From an uncultured Ignavibacteria bacterium (GTDB taxonomy: Bacteria > Bacteroidota > Ignavibacteria > Ignavibacteriales > Ignavibacteriaceae): DNA of 64,000 nt. The DNA is taken from NCBI GenBank assembly GCA_963739895.1, contig CAVUCR010000014.1, forward strand, positions 164,367 to 228,366. Reading direction: 5' to 3'. The position numbers and the translations under genes were made by a program. The notes under the pieces were generated by a model. It had not been told where the DNA came from. It did not search any database and worked only from the letters and a program-made list of their open reading frames with translations. Shown here piece by piece: positions 19,894-33,741 of this stretch; within the stretch, counting starts at the first letter, position 1, and every line of letters begins with the position of its first letter.

Positions 19894-21438
19894 ATGCAAA
19901 ATAAAATTGACGAATTACTAGATAAAAAAACAAATGCAAAATTAGGTGGGGGAATTGAAAAGATTGAAAAACAGCATGAAAAAGGGAAATTAACTGCCAG
20001 GGAACGTATTGAGCTGCTTGTTGATGAAGGAAGTTTTGAAGAGCTCGATATTTTCGTTCAGCATAGGGCAACAGATTTCGGCTTGGATAAACTGCATTAT
20101 GCTGGTGATGGTGTAATAACCGGATTAGCAAAAATTAATGGTAGACATGTTGCGCTATATAGCCAGGACTTTACGGTTTTCGGTGGTTCTTTATCTGAAG
20201 CTCATGCCGAAAAGATTATTAAAGTAATGAATTTGGCGATGAAAGCTGGTGTTCCAATTGTTGGATTAAATGATTCAGGTGGCGCAAGAATCCAGGAAGG
20301 TGTAGTTAGTCTTGGTGGCTATGCAGATATTTTTCTTCTCAACACTTTAGCTTCCGGTTTAGTTCCTCAAATATCTGTTGTGTTAGGCCCGTGTGCTGGT
20401 GGCGCGGTTTATTCCCCGGCTATAACCGATTTTATATTTATGGTGAAAAATACAAGTTATATGTTTGTTACAGGACCAAATGTAGTAAAAACAGTTACTC
20501 ATGAAGATGTGAGTTTTGAAGATCTTGGCGGTGCTGAAACACATGCTGTGAAAAGCGGTGTTGCGCATTTTATCAACGATAATGAAATCGAAACTTTATT
20601 GGGGGTAAAAAAATTATTGAGTTTTCTTCCCTTGAATTACCGGGACTCACTGGTCGATAAAGAATTTGATTTCGATACGTTGTTACCTGATGAAAAACTC
20701 AATACAATTATTCCTGAAAATCCTAATAAACCGTATGATATGAAGCAGATCATAAATCTGCTTGTCGATGATAGTGATTTTTTTGAAGTTCATAGAGATT
20801 TTGCTGATAATATTATTGTGGGATTCGGCAGAATTGGGGGGATGACGATTGGGATAGTTGCTAATCAACCCGAAGTTTTGGCTGGTGTTCTTGATATAAA
20901 TGCCTCTGTAAAAGGAGCAAGGTTTGTTAGATTTTGTGATGCCTTTAATATACCTCTTTTAGTATTGGTAGATGTTCCCGGATTTTTACCAGGTACTGAG
21001 CAGGAATGGAACGGAATAATAAAACACGGTGCAAAATTGCTTTATGCTTTCTGTGAAGCGACTGTTCCAAAAGTTACTGTTATTACAAGAAAAGCTTATG
21101 GCGGAGCATATGACGTTATGAATTCGAAACATATAAGAGGAGATTTTAATTTTGCCTGGCCATCTGCTGAGATTGCCGTTATGGGGCCGAAAGGCGCTGT
21201 AGAAATCATATTTAAAAAGGAAATATCAAAAGCTGAAAACCGGGAATTAGAATTAGAGAATAAATTAAAAAAATATATTGAAAAATTTGCCAATCCATTT
21301 ATTGCTGCCAAAAGGGGATATCTGGATGATGTGATTAATCCAAAGGATACAAAGATAAAATTGATTAATGCTTTTAGGTTTTTGAAGACAAAAGTGGATA
21401 AAAATCCGCCTAAGAAACACGGGAATATTCCTTTATAA
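19894..21438 (+). CDS. Acyl-CoA carboxylase carboxyltransferase subunit (propionyl-CoA carboxylase beta / methylmalonyl-CoA decarboxylase alpha family)
   Basis: [87 protein letters not shown]. Confidence 0.9.
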   Translation: MQNKIDELLDKKTNAKLGGGIEKIEKQHEKGKLTARERIELLVDEGSFEELDIFVQHRATDFGLDKLHYAGDGVITGLAKINGRHVALYSQDFTVFGGSLSEAHAEKIIKVMNLAMKAGVPIVGLNDSGGARIQEGVVSLGGYADIFLLNTLASGLVPQISVVLGPCAGGAVYSPAITDFIFMVKNTSYMFVTGPNVVKTVTHEDVSFEDLGGAETHAVKSGVAHFINDNEIETLLGVKKLLSFLPLNYRDSLVDKEFDFDTLLPDEKLNTIIPENPNKPYDMKQIINLLVDDSDFFEVHRDFADNIIVGFGRIGGMTIGIVANQPEVLAGVLDINASVKGARFVRFCDAFNIPLLVLVDVPGFLPGTEQEWNGIIKHGAKLLYAFCEATVPKVTVITRKAYGGAYDVMNSKHIRGDFNFAWPSAEIAVMGPKGAVEIIFKKEISKAENRELELENKLKKYIEKFANPFIAAKRGYLDDVINPKDTKIKLINAFRFLKTKVDKNPPKKHGNIPL

Positions 21439-21563
21439 CAAAAAATATTTAGCTAACTATATATAATAAAAGCAATTAGTATAAATTAGTTAATTTTTTA
21501 CTTGATAAATCTTAAATCAACTATTATATTGAAATGCTGAAAATTTGAAAATATGGAGACTTA

Positions 21564-24200
21564 ATGAGAAAAAAACATTTACAACTAGTGATAATTTCTT
21601 TATTTTCTTTAATATTTTTCTCCTGCGGAGCAAATAAAGAAATTACCAAAAATGAAAAATCCGGGAAAAACAATATTAAGGTTCAAAGTGGAGGAATTGT
21701 TTCCGAAATGCTTGAACAGGCTAGGCAGTACTATGTCGCTGCTCTTTCCGGTCAGGATAAAAGCCCTACTTCCGAGACAGTTAAAAAGTATGAGTCTTCG
21801 TTACATATTATAAATAACCTCAGTTATTATCCGGGTATTGAAGATAATGAAGCCTATGTAGAACTTGAAAAATCCATCATTGATGATTATCGGAAATTTG
21901 TTGATGGATTGCCCGAAGTTCCTGTTGAAGTTTCCTTTGCAGCACTGGAAGAATGGATGGGAAAAAATCTGCCGGAAATTCAAATGAACTGGGAAAAAGA
22001 TAAAAAAACCAAATCAATCATTATCCCTGCTGACATACCTCTAGAAATGAATTCCGTTGTAGAAAGATGGCTAGACTATTTTTCTACGAAAGGAAGACCT
22101 CACATGCAGGCTTGGCTTGAGCGATCCGGTAAATATTTTCCAATGATGACAAAAATCTTTTCCGACGAAGGGCTTCCTAAACAATTAGTTTATCTAAGTA
22201 TGGTTGAAAGTGCATTGAATCCTACGGCACGTTCCTGGGCAAGTGCTGTTGGGCTATGGCAGTTCGTAAAATCGACTGGAAGGCTTTATGGTTTACGATC
22301 TGATTTTTATTATGATGAAAGAAGAAATCCCGAAAAATCCACACTTGCTGCTGCAAAACATTTAAGAGATTTATATGGTGATCTCGGGGATTGGTATCTT
22401 GCATTAGCGGCATACAATGCCGGTGAAGGGAGAATTACCAGAGCTATGAGAAGAGCCGGTTCAAATGATTTTTGGACAATTAGCCGGTATCTTCCGAGAG
22501 AAACGAGGAGCTATGTTCCTCAATATATTGCTGTATGTATCGTCGGGATGAATCCGGAAAAATATGGATTTACAAACATCAACTATGAGAAACCGGTAAA
22601 ATATGAAAATTACAATGTTAATGAAGCAGTTTCTCTGAGTTATATAGCTAATTCTATTGGGACTGATTTAGAAACGCTGCAAGATATGAATCCTGAATTG
22701 ACGCAATTAAGTACACCACCTTCATTCCCGGGAGGATATCCTTTAAGAATACCTGTTGGAATGTCTCAGCAATTAGCACAAAATATGGTCAATATTCCGG
22801 AATCTGCAAAGCGGTATTATCTTGTTCATACAGTTCGACGTGGTGAGACTCTTTCCATGATTGCAAGGAGATATGGAGTTTCTACACATGATTTAGCTGA
22901 TGTAAATAAAATATCAATTAGAAGTAAGATATATCCGGGGGTTGATCTTAAAATTCCGGTAAATAATTTATCAACTAAAGACTTTGCATATAATACCAAT
23001 GTAGAATCTGCCGGAGATAATAATTCTGCTGATGACAATTCAACCGACGATAGTTCCGCCAGTGAATATGTCTCACCCTATCTTACCTTAAATAAAGATG
23101 TAGATTCTTCTTCCGCAACTGGAGATAGCAACGAAACTGTTGCATTCAATGATAATGAAACTGATGATAATAGTGATAATATTAGTGCGGATATTGAATC
23201 AACTGATTTTTCTTCCAATACAGTTGTTGTTCCTGAAAATAAAGTCTTCGTAAAATACAGAGTTAAGAAAAAAGATAGTTTACTAGGAATCGCAGATTTG
23301 TTTAATACACGTGTCAGCGATATTAGAAATTGGAATAATATTCCATATACGGAAACAATAAATGTAGGCCAGACTCTTACGATATATGTACCTGAAGATA
23401 AAAAAGAATTTTATGCAAGCTTGGATAACCAGACACCTGTAGAAAAATCAACTACTAAAGGCAGTTCACCTTTAGCAGGTAATTACTGGGTATATCATCG
23501 AATAAGGCGGGGTGAAAATCTTAATTCTATAGCCGTAAGGTACGGAGTTGATATTAATTCAATTAAAGATTGGAACAATCTTAACAGCAGCAGAATATAC
23601 GCAGGGAGAAGGTTAAAGATTTACACTAACAAACCAGCCACAACATATTCTTCAAATGATAATAGTTCTGATAAGACTACTAAGTTTCGATATAGAATAA
23701 GAAGAGGAGAAACTATAAGTGAGTTAGCCGAAAGATTTTCAGTTTCTATGTCGCAAATAAGAATATGGAATCATATGAGTAGTAATAGACTCATTGCCGG
23801 GAAAACATTAACAATATATACCGATGAACAAACTTCATCTCTTGGTGATAATTCGGTTAAAACTTCTGCAAATGTAAATTATTATAGTGTAAAAAAAGGG
23901 GATACAATTGGTAAAATTGCTGAACTATACAAAGTGCATTCTTATGATATTAGAAGATGGAATAATTTAAGTGATAATACAATATATGCGGGTAAAACTT
24001 TAAAAATCTATTCTGATGCCGCTGTAAATGATTTACCTGAAAATGTCAGCAGTAAATCGGCTTATGTTCATACTGTTGACAGCGGGGAATCATTATATAG
24101 TATTGCGCAGAAATACGATACCTCGGTGCAGAGATTGAAATACATTAACCATATCCGGGGAAATAAGATTATTGTAGGTCAAAAATTGAAAATAAAATAA
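21564..24200 (+). CDS. mltD: Membrane-bound lytic murein transglycosylase D-like protein with six LysM repeats
   Basis: Lipoprotein-like signal (LIFFSCG). SLT catalytic region ([34 protein letters not shown]). Six LysM units follow, e.g. [21 protein letters not shown] and [20 protein letters not shown]. An acidic D/N/S-rich linker lies between repeats 1 and 2. Confidence 0.85.
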   Translation: MRKKHLQLVIISLFSLIFFSCGANKEITKNEKSGKNNIKVQSGGIVSEMLEQARQYYVAALSGQDKSPTSETVKKYESSLHIINNLSYYPGIEDNEAYVELEKSIIDDYRKFVDGLPEVPVEVSFAALEEWMGKNLPEIQMNWEKDKKTKSIIIPADIPLEMNSVVERWLDYFSTKGRPHMQAWLERSGKYFPMMTKIFSDEGLPKQLVYLSMVESALNPTARSWASAVGLWQFVKSTGRLYGLRSDFYYDERRNPEKSTLAAAKHLRDLYGDLGDWYLALAAYNAGEGRITRAMRRAGSNDFWTISRYLPRETRSYVPQYIAVCIVGMNPEKYGFTNINYEKPVKYENYNVNEAVSLSYIANSIGTDLETLQDMNPELTQLSTPPSFPGGYPLRIPVGMSQQLAQNMVNIPESAKRYYLVHTVRRGETLSMIARRYGVSTHDLADVNKISIRSKIYPGVDLKIPVNNLSTKDFAYNTNVESAGDNNSADDNSTDDSSASEYVSPYLTLNKDVDSSSATGDSNETVAFNDNETDDNSDNISADIESTDFSSNTVVVPENKVFVKYRVKKKDSLLGIADLFNTRVSDIRNWNNIPYTETINVGQTLTIYVPEDKKEFYASLDNQTPVEKSTTKGSSPLAGNYWVYHRIRRGENLNSIAVRYGVDINSIKDWNNLNSSRIYAGRRLKIYTNKPATTYSSNDNSSDKTTKFRYRIRRGETISELAERFSVSMSQIRIWNHMSSNRLIAGKTLTIYTDEQTSSLGDNSVKTSANVNYYSVKKGDTIGKIAELYKVHSYDIRRWNNLSDNTIYAGKTLKIYSDAAVNDLPENVSSKSAYVHTVDSGESLYSIAQKYDTSVQRLKYINHIRGNKIIVGQKLKIK

Positions 24201-24277
24201 TTTAATTCTTTATAATTTTTATTAGATTTATAGGAGTAAAAATTAATTTTTTTGTTTGTTCATAAATAAATTTTGAT

Positions 24278-24367
<90 letters not shown>

Positions 24368-24387
24368 TAAAAGAATAATTGAGATTT

Positions 24388-24436
24388 TAGCCGTTTCTCC
24401 GAAGAAATTTTTCGGATTAAAAACGGCTATTTTTTT
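24388..24436 (+). terminator. Riboswitch expression platform: intrinsic terminator
   Basis: TAGCCGTTT..(inner TCCGAA/TTCGGA stem)..AAACGGCTA followed by T7. The AGCCGTT 5' arm repeats the P1 5' strand, which allows alternative pairing. Confidence 0.8.
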
Positions 24437-24449
24437 GAAAGGAATCAAA

Positions 24450-26930
24450 ATGAAATACTTAATTATTCTTTATTTATTGTTTAATTCTCTGCTGTTTGCC
24501 CAAATATTGGAAATTAGAGGGAAGGTAATCGATATTGAAACTGGTAAACCTCTGCCGGGAGCAAATATTTATATTGAAGAAAAACCCACAACTGGAATCT
24601 CAACCGATAGCTTAGGAAATTTTGCCTTCAAATATCATTTTAATGATAATGAACACCTGGAAGTGAGTTTTATCGGTTATTACAAAAATATAATTTCAAT
24701 TTCAACTATTTCAATTCCAGGTGAATTAACTGTTAAACTCGAGTCTAAAATTATTCCTGCACAAACCGTATTAGTTGAAGGAAGCCTAGGGAAAGAGGGG
24801 ATTACTCCATTAGCATTTAGTAAGATAAGAAGAAAAGATATTGAAGAAAAGTATACTGTGCAGGATGTCCCGGAATATTCTAAGTACACTTCCTTCCACT
24901 ACTTTTTATTCAGAAGGGGGGAATGGGATAGGTTATAATTATTTGAGCATTAGAGGTTTTGATCAAAGGAGAATTTCCGTCTCAATAAATGGAATTCCGC
25001 AAAATGATCCTGAGGATCATAATGTTTACTGGCTGGATTTTCCGGATCTACTGGCTAGCACAGATCTAATTCAGGTGCAGAGAGGTGCTGGATCAGGAGT
25101 TTTTGGTTATCCTGCTATCGGGGGATCAATAAATATAATTACTTCCGCCTTTTCAAATGATCCGATGATAAATCTATCAGTTTCTTTAGGGAGTTATAAT
25201 ACTAGAAAATATTCTGCTGCTATTTCCAGCGGGTTGATAGATAATAAATATTCAATCTATGCAAAATTATCAAGGATATTAAGCAGCGGTTACAGAAATC
25301 TTTCATGGGTTAAATTCAATTCATATTATCTTTCTGCTATAAGATATGATAAGAATTTAACTACTCAACTAAATTTTTACGGAGGACCAATTGAAGATGG
25401 TTTGGTTTATACAGGTTTGCCAAAATTTGCGGTAAAAGATAAAAATTTGAGGAGAGCTAATTATTCTTTCTGGGAAACCGATTCCCAAGCTTATAATTTT
25501 ACATATACTGTAAACAGAAGACCGGATGAAATAGAAAACTTTTCTCAACCGCACTATGAGATTTTAAATGAACTGAAATTAAATGATGCTATTACCTTGA
25601 ACTCAGCTATATTTTTAGTAACCGGCAATGGATTTTTTGATTATGATGGTACTGGATTAGATTCTACATCATTACATTTAACATCACAGTATGGATATAA
25701 TCCGGTTCAGAATCCTTCCGATTTGTTAATTAAAGCAGAAGTTGAAAATGTCCAATACGGCTGGATACCAAAATTAAGTTATAAACAAAAAAATAGTGAA
25801 TTAATAATTGGCGGCGAATTAAGAATACATCGTTCAACTCACTGGGGAGGTATAGCATATGGGGCAAACCTGCCTTCAGGACTATCCCAGGATTACAGGA
25901 TCTATTACTTTAACGGGGCAAAAAATATATTCAGCTGGTTCATTCATGAAACTTATACTCTTAATGAACATTGGAATTTTCTCGGTGAAATACAATTAGC
26001 ATATCATAAATATAAATTTTATAATGAACATTTTTATAACAATGGCTTTAATATTAATGGCATGTATTTTAACCCAGAGAATAGGGATCAACTATAAAAT
26101 AAACCCGGAACAGAATATTTATATTTCATTTGCAAGAGTTACGAGAGAACCTCGCTTGGGAACCTATTATTCCGGAGAAGAATCCGTCTGGGGCTCAACT
26201 CCCGAATTCGTGCAGAACGATAACGGCTCTTATAATTATAATGAACCGTATGTTAAGCCAGAGACTATGAATGATCTGGAATTAGGATATTCTATTATAG
26301 AAAAGAATTTTAATGTATCTTTTAAATTTTTATAATATGATTTTTGATAATGAAATAGTCAACAATGGTAAATTAGATATTTTCGGACAACCAGTAACAG
26401 GTAATATGAACAGTACTATTCATCGCGGGATTGAAATTTCAGGTTCCGTAAAACTTCCTCTTAATTTATCCCTTTTATCTAATATTACTTTCAGCAAAAA
26501 TTATGTGAATAATGGAACATATTATATAGATCAAAATAACCAAATTGATTTAAGCGGCAACTGGATTGGCGGTTTCCCGGATTTTTTATTTAACTTTGGT
26601 TTAAGCTACAATAAGAATCCATTTTTTATTCAATTGAAAGGGAAGTATGTCGGCAAATTTTATTCGGATTATTATGATTCAAAGCTTTCCGAGTATTTAT
26701 TGCGATATCCTAGTTTTGTTAGTTATAATGATAACGTTAACGATGCTTATTTTACAGCTGATTTTTATGCAAGCTACACTCTTAAGTCATTCAATTCTTT
26801 AAATTCAAGTAAGATATTTATCCAGGTAAATAATATTCTTGATAGACTATATTCTGCAAATGCTGTAGGCGCCGAGTTTTTTCCGGCAGCAGAAAGAAAT
26901 TTCTTAGCTGGTCTGCTGATTGGATTATAA
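24450..26930 (+). CDS. TonB-dependent outer-membrane receptor with N-terminal carboxypeptidase-regulatory-like domain; frame broken three times
   Basis: Signal peptide from ATG 24450. CarboxypepD_reg-like motif IRGKVIDIETGKPLPGANIYI. Plug motifs (YNYLSIRGFDQRRISVSINGIPQND, VQRGAGSG). C-terminal barrel ending ..NFLAGLLIGL. ORFs 24435..24938, 24841..26097, 26024..26335 and 26313..26930 join at about 24876, 26077 and 26324. Confidence 0.85.
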
Positions 26931-27109
26931 TAACTGTATTGGAATTATACTATTTTCCTGATAGAAGACGGATCTGAAGGATAAGACTGATTTGAACGGA
27001 TTAAATAATTGTATTTTAGATCTGTAAAAATCAGTCTAATTTGTAAAATCCGTGTTCTAGTAAGATTTTAAAACAGACAATTGCAAATTTTTATAATCAC
27101 AAATGCTTC

Positions 27110-27766
27110 ATGATGAAAAAATGTATAATACTGGCAAATGGAAAGTCACCTCAGAAATCAGTAATTGAATATCTAAAAAAGAAAAATTTTTCAACTTTGA
27201 TTTGCGCCGACGGCGGTGCTAATAGTGCAGAGAGGCTTGGCATTTTTCCTGAATTTATAATTGGAGATCTTGACTCGATTGATAAGCTGACATTGAATAA
27301 ATTTAAAAATTACTCCAAAATTATCCGGATAAAAAGACAAAACGATACGGATGTTGAAAAATGTCTGAAGTTTGCTGTAAAGAAAAAATTTACTGAAACT
27401 GTTCTATTAGGAGTCACCGGAAACAGACTGGATCATACATTTTGCAATCTGGGGATAGTAATAAAATTTTTTAACACGATTAAAATTAGAATTGTAGCTG
27501 AGAATTCTATTTTAACTCCATATTCCGGAAAAATAGAGTTAAAAACTTATCCTGGTGAAACAATCTCACTTTATGGTTTTAATAAAAAAACAAAGATTTA
27601 TTCCGGGAATCTAAAATATTCTCTACAAAATATTTCTCTCCCTTTCGGCGAAAAAGAGAGTACAAGCAATATAGCTCTTACTAATTCTACAAAAATAAAT
27701 ATTTCCGGAGGTATAATATTTATTATCAGGGATTACCATACAGTAAAAAAATATGATCTCATTTAG
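27110..27766 (+). CDS. thiN: Thiamine pyrophosphokinase
   Basis: ILANGK.., ICADGGAN, IIGDLDSI, QNDTDVEKCL, LLGVTGNRLDHTFCN are the TPK catalytic-domain motifs. The C-terminal thiamine-binding half is present. Confidence 0.85.
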   Translation: MMKKCIILANGKSPQKSVIEYLKKKNFSTLICADGGANSAERLGIFPEFIIGDLDSIDKLTLNKFKNYSKIIRIKRQNDTDVEKCLKFAVKKKFTETVLLGVTGNRLDHTFCNLGIVIKFFNTIKIRIVAENSILTPYSGKIELKTYPGETISLYGFNKKTKIYSGNLKYSLQNISLPFGEKESTSNIALTNSTKINISGGIIFIIRDYHTVKKYDLI

Positions 27767-29142
27767 CACTTCCGATTTTCTAGTTATAATTATTTTCTTT
27801 TTAACTGTTCTGACAATAGGTTTTATTTCCGGGCGAAAACTTGGATACTGATGCAGATGATTATTTGTTATCAGGAAGAAAAGTCGGCTTATTCCTTTTC
27901 ATTTTAACAAATGTATCTACCTGGTATGGAGGAATTTTAGGAGTTGGAGAATTTACTTACCGTTACGGTCTTGTAAGCTGGTTTACGCAAGGTTTGCCCT
28001 ATTATATTTTTGCTTTTTTATTTGCACTCTTTCTGGCAAAGAAAATAAGGAATGCTTCACTATTTACTATTCCAGATAAATTATCAGAAGTCTATGGGGA
28101 AAAAGCAGGATTAATTTCAGCCGTATTTGTTTTTGTACTTGTGTCGCCGGCTCCTTATTTATTAATGACAGCTAATTTAATTTCTCTTATTTTCGGAACC
28201 GGTATACTGATCAGCTTAATATTAGGATTAATTCTTTCCATCGTATATTTACTTCAAGGCGGTTTTAAAGCAAATGTCTTCACAGATTCTTTCCAGTTTT
28301 TTGTAATGTTCGGAGGATTCATTCTTATTTTAATTTTTGCTTACTTCGATTATGGGGGAATAACATTTCTTTCTTCCAAATTGCCCGTAAATCATTTAAA
28401 AATAACAGGGGGAACATCGCCGACTTTTATTATTGTATGGTTTTTAATTGCATTGTGGACGTTTGCGGACCCGGGATTTCATCAAAGATGTTATGCTGCA
28501 AAATCCGGGGATGTTGCTGTAACAGGAATTCTCATCTCAATAATTTTTTGGGCATTATTTGATTTCCTGACTACAAGTACCGGCTTGTATTCGAGAGCCG
28601 TTTTACCCAATATTACTCAACCTGTACAATCATATCTTTTATTAGCCGAAAAGGTTTTGGGGCCTGGATTGAAAGGGATTTTTTATGCAGCATTATTTGC
28701 TACAATCATGTCTACGCTTAACAGTTTTTTATTTTTAAGCGGGACAACAATCGGGAGAGATTTTATTTTTAAATTGAATTCCAATAAAAATGAAATGAAA
28801 TTAAAACCATTTACTATTTATGGTTTAATTATATCCGGGATATTATCTATTATACTTGCTTATTTCATCCCTTCTGTAATCGAGATCTGGTATACCATCG
28901 GTTCTTTTTGTATCCCGGGAATAATATTGCCTGTTATCAGTGCCTATTACCCAAAGTTTAGAATTAAAAATAAATATATAATTCTGGAAATGATTCTTGC
29001 TTCAATAGGGAGCATTCTATGGTTTTTTGTTAGAGAAAATTTTCTACAGGTTAAATTATTAAATGAAATCGAGCCGATGCTGGTCGGTTTAACAACAGCT
29101 GTTTTTATACACTTATTTGGAATGAAAAAAATAAGGAGGTGA
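27753..29142 (+). CDS. Sodium:solute symporter (SSS) family permease, candidate thiamine or thiamine-precursor transporter; frame broken once
   Basis: ATG 27753 (MISFSTSDFLVIIIFFLTVLTIGFISGRK) overlaps the TPK stop by 14 nt. It joins LDTDADDYLLSGRKVG at about 27840. About 12-13 TM helices typical of SSS. Confidence 0.75.
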
Positions 29143-29207
29143 TAAAAAATATTATCAAATCAAAACCTGGTGATTTCAGTTGTCATAATTAAAGATATAC
29201 AAAATTC

Positions 29208-30131
29208 TCAAGAATTTTTTTTCTTTTTAATAACTGAAAGTACAACAGAGCCTGCCAGTAAAAGCCCAATTATTGCAAGTGAAATCGCCGTTGGAATATG
29301 AAGGACTTCGGACAGCAGCATCTTAATTCCAACATAAAATAAAATTAGTGCAACACCATATTTAAGGTAAACAAAAAGATCAACCAATCCTGATAAGGTA
29401 AAATATAGAGCTCTTAAGCCCAATATGGCAAATAAATTCGATGTTATAATTACGAATGTATCTCTTGTTATTGCAATAATTGCCGGTATTGAATCAACTG
29501 CAAAAATAATATCGGAAGATTCTATAAGAAGAAGTGTAAGGAAAACCGGGGTTGCATAAATAATCCCGCTTTGCTTAACAAAAAAACTTTTTCCTTCATA
29601 ATTAGGTAAAATATTAAAGTATTTCCTTATTAATTTTGCGACGGGATGTTTTTCAAGATTTATTTCTTCATCCTTTCCGAATGCCATTTTATAAGCGCCG
29701 TACAAAAGTATGAATCCGAAAATATAAATGACAAAATGGAAAAGATTTATTAAGCCTACACCAATAAGGATAAAAATAATTCTAAATACGATGGCACTTA
29801 ATATTCCCCATTTCAAGATATGCGGCTGATTTGCCTGGGATATTCCCATCACTTTAAAGATCATCAAAAAGACAAAAAGGTTATCCACAGAAAGGGAATA
29901 TTCAATTAAATAACCGGTTAAGAACTCTAAACCTCTTTGATGTCCTTTTTCAAGGAAAAAATAAATCCCGGCACAAAAAATAAGAGCGGTGAATATCCAA
30001 ACACCGCTCCAAATTATGCTTCTCTTTAAACCAAGTTTTCCACTTCTATGTTCTGTTACATATAAATCAATTATTATTATAAGTGCCGCAACAATTGAAA
30101 ATATAATCCAGAACGTGAATTCATTATACAA
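29208..30131 (-). CDS. TerC family integral membrane protein
   Basis: LTGYLIEYSLSVDNLFVF and SDIIFAVDSIPA are the duplicated TerC motifs. The ORF-track start (30431) runs out of frame through pdaD, so I trimmed it to TTG 30131, 16 nt after the pdaD stop. Confidence 0.75.
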   Translation of the reverse strand: MYNEFTFWIIFSIVAALIIIIDLYVTEHRSGKLGLKRSIIWSGVWIFTALIFCAGIYFFLEKGHQRGLEFLTGYLIEYSLSVDNLFVFLMIFKVMGISQANQPHILKWGILSAIVFRIIFILIGVGLINLFHFVIYIFGFILLYGAYKMAFGKDEEINLEKHPVAKLIRKYFNILPNYEGKSFFVKQSGIIYATPVFLTLLLIESSDIIFAVDSIPAIIAITRDTFVIITSNLFAILGLRALYFTLSGLVDLFVYLKYGVALILFYVGIKMLLSEVLHIPTAISLAIIGLLLAGSVVLSVIKKKKNS

Positions 30132-30147
30132 ATTTAATCCATAGTTT

Positions 30148-30693
30148 TTAAGGAAGTAAAATTCCTGCCGCAATAACTGTGGTCCATAACCCGTTTTTAT
30201 CACCTTCTGCAGATTGAGTGATATTAAAAGAACGGACAATCTTCCCGGACATCTTATAAATATTTTCTCTTTCACTCCAATCGATGTCAGGATTAAAATC
30301 CACGCCCAGAGTTGTTGCAAGCATAGTTGCAGCCAAATCTTCGGCATATTCGCCTGCGACTTTTTCCGTTTGGCCAAATGGATGATGTTCCGAAAGGTAA
30401 CCGTATTGAGAATTATCTGCAGGAAGTGCAACCCCTATTGAAGATGCAATTAAACGGTTAGGCTCATTTGTAGAATTGCGTGCAAGTACGGTAAAAGTAA
30501 TCTGCCCGGGAAGTAATTCCTTAAGGCCTTCTTCTTTTGTTATGCGTTTGCAATTCGCAGGGAAAATACTACTTACCGAAACCAAATTACAAATTTCTAT
30601 TCCGGCATTTCTTAAAGCTAATTCAAATGAGCTTAAGTATTCTTTATGCCTGCCTACCCCTTTTGTAAAAAATATTCTTGAAGGAACATACAA
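30148..30693 (-). CDS. pdaD: Pyruvoyl-dependent arginine decarboxylase
   Basis: [38 protein letters not shown] contains the Ser-Ser self-cleavage context. About 180 aa, with YGYLSEHH and [14 protein letters not shown] as in bacterial PdaD. Confidence 0.8.
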   Translation of the reverse strand: MYVPSRIFFTKGVGRHKEYLSSFELALRNAGIEICNLVSVSSIFPANCKRITKEEGLKELLPGQITFTVLARNSTNEPNRLIASSIGVALPADNSQYGYLSEHHPFGQTEKVAGEYAEDLAATMLATTLGVDFNPDIDWSERENIYKMSGKIVRSFNITQSAEGDKNGLWTTVIAAGILLP

Positions 30694-30714
30694 ATTTTCA
30701 TCTCCTTTCTTAAG

Positions 30715-31965
<1,251 letters not shown>

Positions 31966-32002
31966 TTAATGGAATCCTTAAAATAATGTTTTTGTTATTC
32001 AT

Positions 32003-32461
32003 TTAAAATTTTATTCTTCTTTCCTGCTCTCTTTGGAGGTCCCGCTTAGCTATTGATTCTCGTTTATCATAGACTTTTTTCCCTTTAGCCAGTGCAAGCT
32101 CAACTTTCACTTTTCCATTATTAAAGTAAAGCCTAAGCGGTATTAAGGTAAGACCTTTTTCTTTCACCTTACCAATCAACCTCCTGATTTCACTTTTTTT
32201 CAATAGAAGCTTTCTATCTCTAGTTGGAACATGGTTATTAATATTACCCTGCGTATATTCGCTAATATGCGCTCCTATCAACCAGACTTCTCCATTTTTC
32301 AAAGATGCATAGCTATCTACAAGATTTGCCTTACCTTGTCTTAAAGATTTAACTTCAGTCCCTTGTAAAACAATTCCGGCTTCAAAAGTTTGTATAATTG
32401 AAAATTCATGCCTTGCTTTACGGTTTACAGTTATATTTTTAACATCTTCTTCTTTTGTCAT
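32003..32461 (-). CDS. smpB: SsrA-binding protein SmpB
   Basis: [54 protein letters not shown]. Confidence 0.92.
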   Translation of the reverse strand: MTKEEDVKNITVNRKARHEFSIIQTFEAGIVLQGTEVKSLRQGKANLVDSYASLKNGEVWLIGAHISEYTQGNINNHVPTRDRKLLLKKSEIRRLIGKVKEKGLTLIPLRLYFNNGKVKVELALAKGKKVYDKRESIAKRDLQREQERRIKF

Positions 32462-32868
32462 AAAATAAATATTGTTGCCTTAATTGTCCTGGTTTGATTG
32501 TGCTAGATTAAGATTACAAGAAATATAATAATTAATAAAATAATAGGCATCGAAATTATTTTTAATATTAACTAAAAGCAAGAATTCAGAAAGAATTTTC
32601 AGAACAATGTATTTGAACTTGATTGGAAATACCCTCTTTTAATGAATATTAAAGATAAATCGTTAAAAATATCAAATTTATTTTGAATAATTAATTATTT
32701 TATGGAAAAATTCATTTTAATATTCTTTAATTAAACTCTTTAAAAACATTTAGTTAGTTTACAATGGAATTATTATTCAACCTCTTATATACTCTGAATG
32801 TTGAATTGAATTTTTTTGATCATTAACTTTACTATTGATAAACAAGTATAATTAATAGGTTCTTTTTA

Positions 32869-33681
32869 ATGAGTAAAACAATTGCTGTTGCTGTTCCAAA
32901 AGGGGGTGTAGGGAAAACAGCTACTGCAGTTAATCTTGCAGCAAGTTTAGCAGTTGCCGAAAAAAAAACTTTGCTTATTGATTTTGATCCCTCAGGTGCT
33001 TGCTCAACTTATTTAGGCTTTGAATCGGATAAATTTAAGGGGGATATCTTTGATGTAATAAGCTTTACGACACATATTTCAAAAGTAATACATCAAACTG
33101 AGTTAAATAATCTTGATATAATTCCTTCCGATTTTTCCAACCTTGAAAGAGAAGAAAGGCTATACCGGTTAACAAACAATACTAATATATTTAAGAATAT
33201 TTTAAATTCAGATGAACTCCTTGTTTATGATTTTATTATAATTGATTGCCCTCCGTATTTAAAGGGACTAACTACTATAGCCCTTACTGCTTCAAACTCA
33301 CTATTAATTCCTGTTAAGGCGGGGCAATTTTCGATTTCGGCGCTGAAAAAAATTTTTAAATATGTAGAATTCATTAAGAGCAACCTCAATCAGAATCTGC
33401 AAATAGAAGGGATACTCTTAACTATGTATGAAGCGAATACCAAGGCATGGGCACTAACAAATGAGAAACTTCATGAGAATTACGGTGATTATATATTAAA
33501 TACCGTAATTCCCAAAAATATTGCAATAACCGAATCGGAATTCTTTAGTAAACCCGCAATTCTATTCAACGTTAAATCTAAAGGCTCAATAGCCTACCTT
33601 CAATTGGCTGACGAAATTATCAAGAGAAACATCTCCCAAGATGAATTCAAAGGTACTTCGTTTGATAATAAGGCAGATTAA
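32869..33681 (+). CDS. ParA/Soj-like deviant Walker-A ATPase (orphan; no ParB in window)
   Basis: IAVAVPKGGVGKTATAVNLA (KGGxGKT), LLIDFDPSG, IIIDCPPYL, IEGILLTMY. No N-terminal HTH. Confidence 0.8.
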   Translation: MSKTIAVAVPKGGVGKTATAVNLAASLAVAEKKTLLIDFDPSGACSTYLGFESDKFKGDIFDVISFTTHISKVIHQTELNNLDIIPSDFSNLEREERLYRLTNNTNIFKNILNSDELLVYDFIIIDCPPYLKGLTTIALTASNSLLIPVKAGQFSISALKKIFKYVEFIKSNLNQNLQIEGILLTMYEANTKAWALTNEKLHENYGDYILNTVIPKNIAITESEFFSKPAILFNVKSKGSIAYLQLADEIIKRNISQDEFKGTSFDNKAD

Positions 33682-33741
33682 ATATTAAGATATTCTATCC
33701 GATGCTAAGTTTCGCTAAGCTAGAAGAAACAAACGGGCTAA

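Noticed and set aside
30132-30431. N-terminal 100 aa of the 407-aa ORF-track call for the TerC gene
   Set aside because: This part overlaps pdaD out of frame and has no TerC similarity. The TerC homology begins just after TTG 30131.
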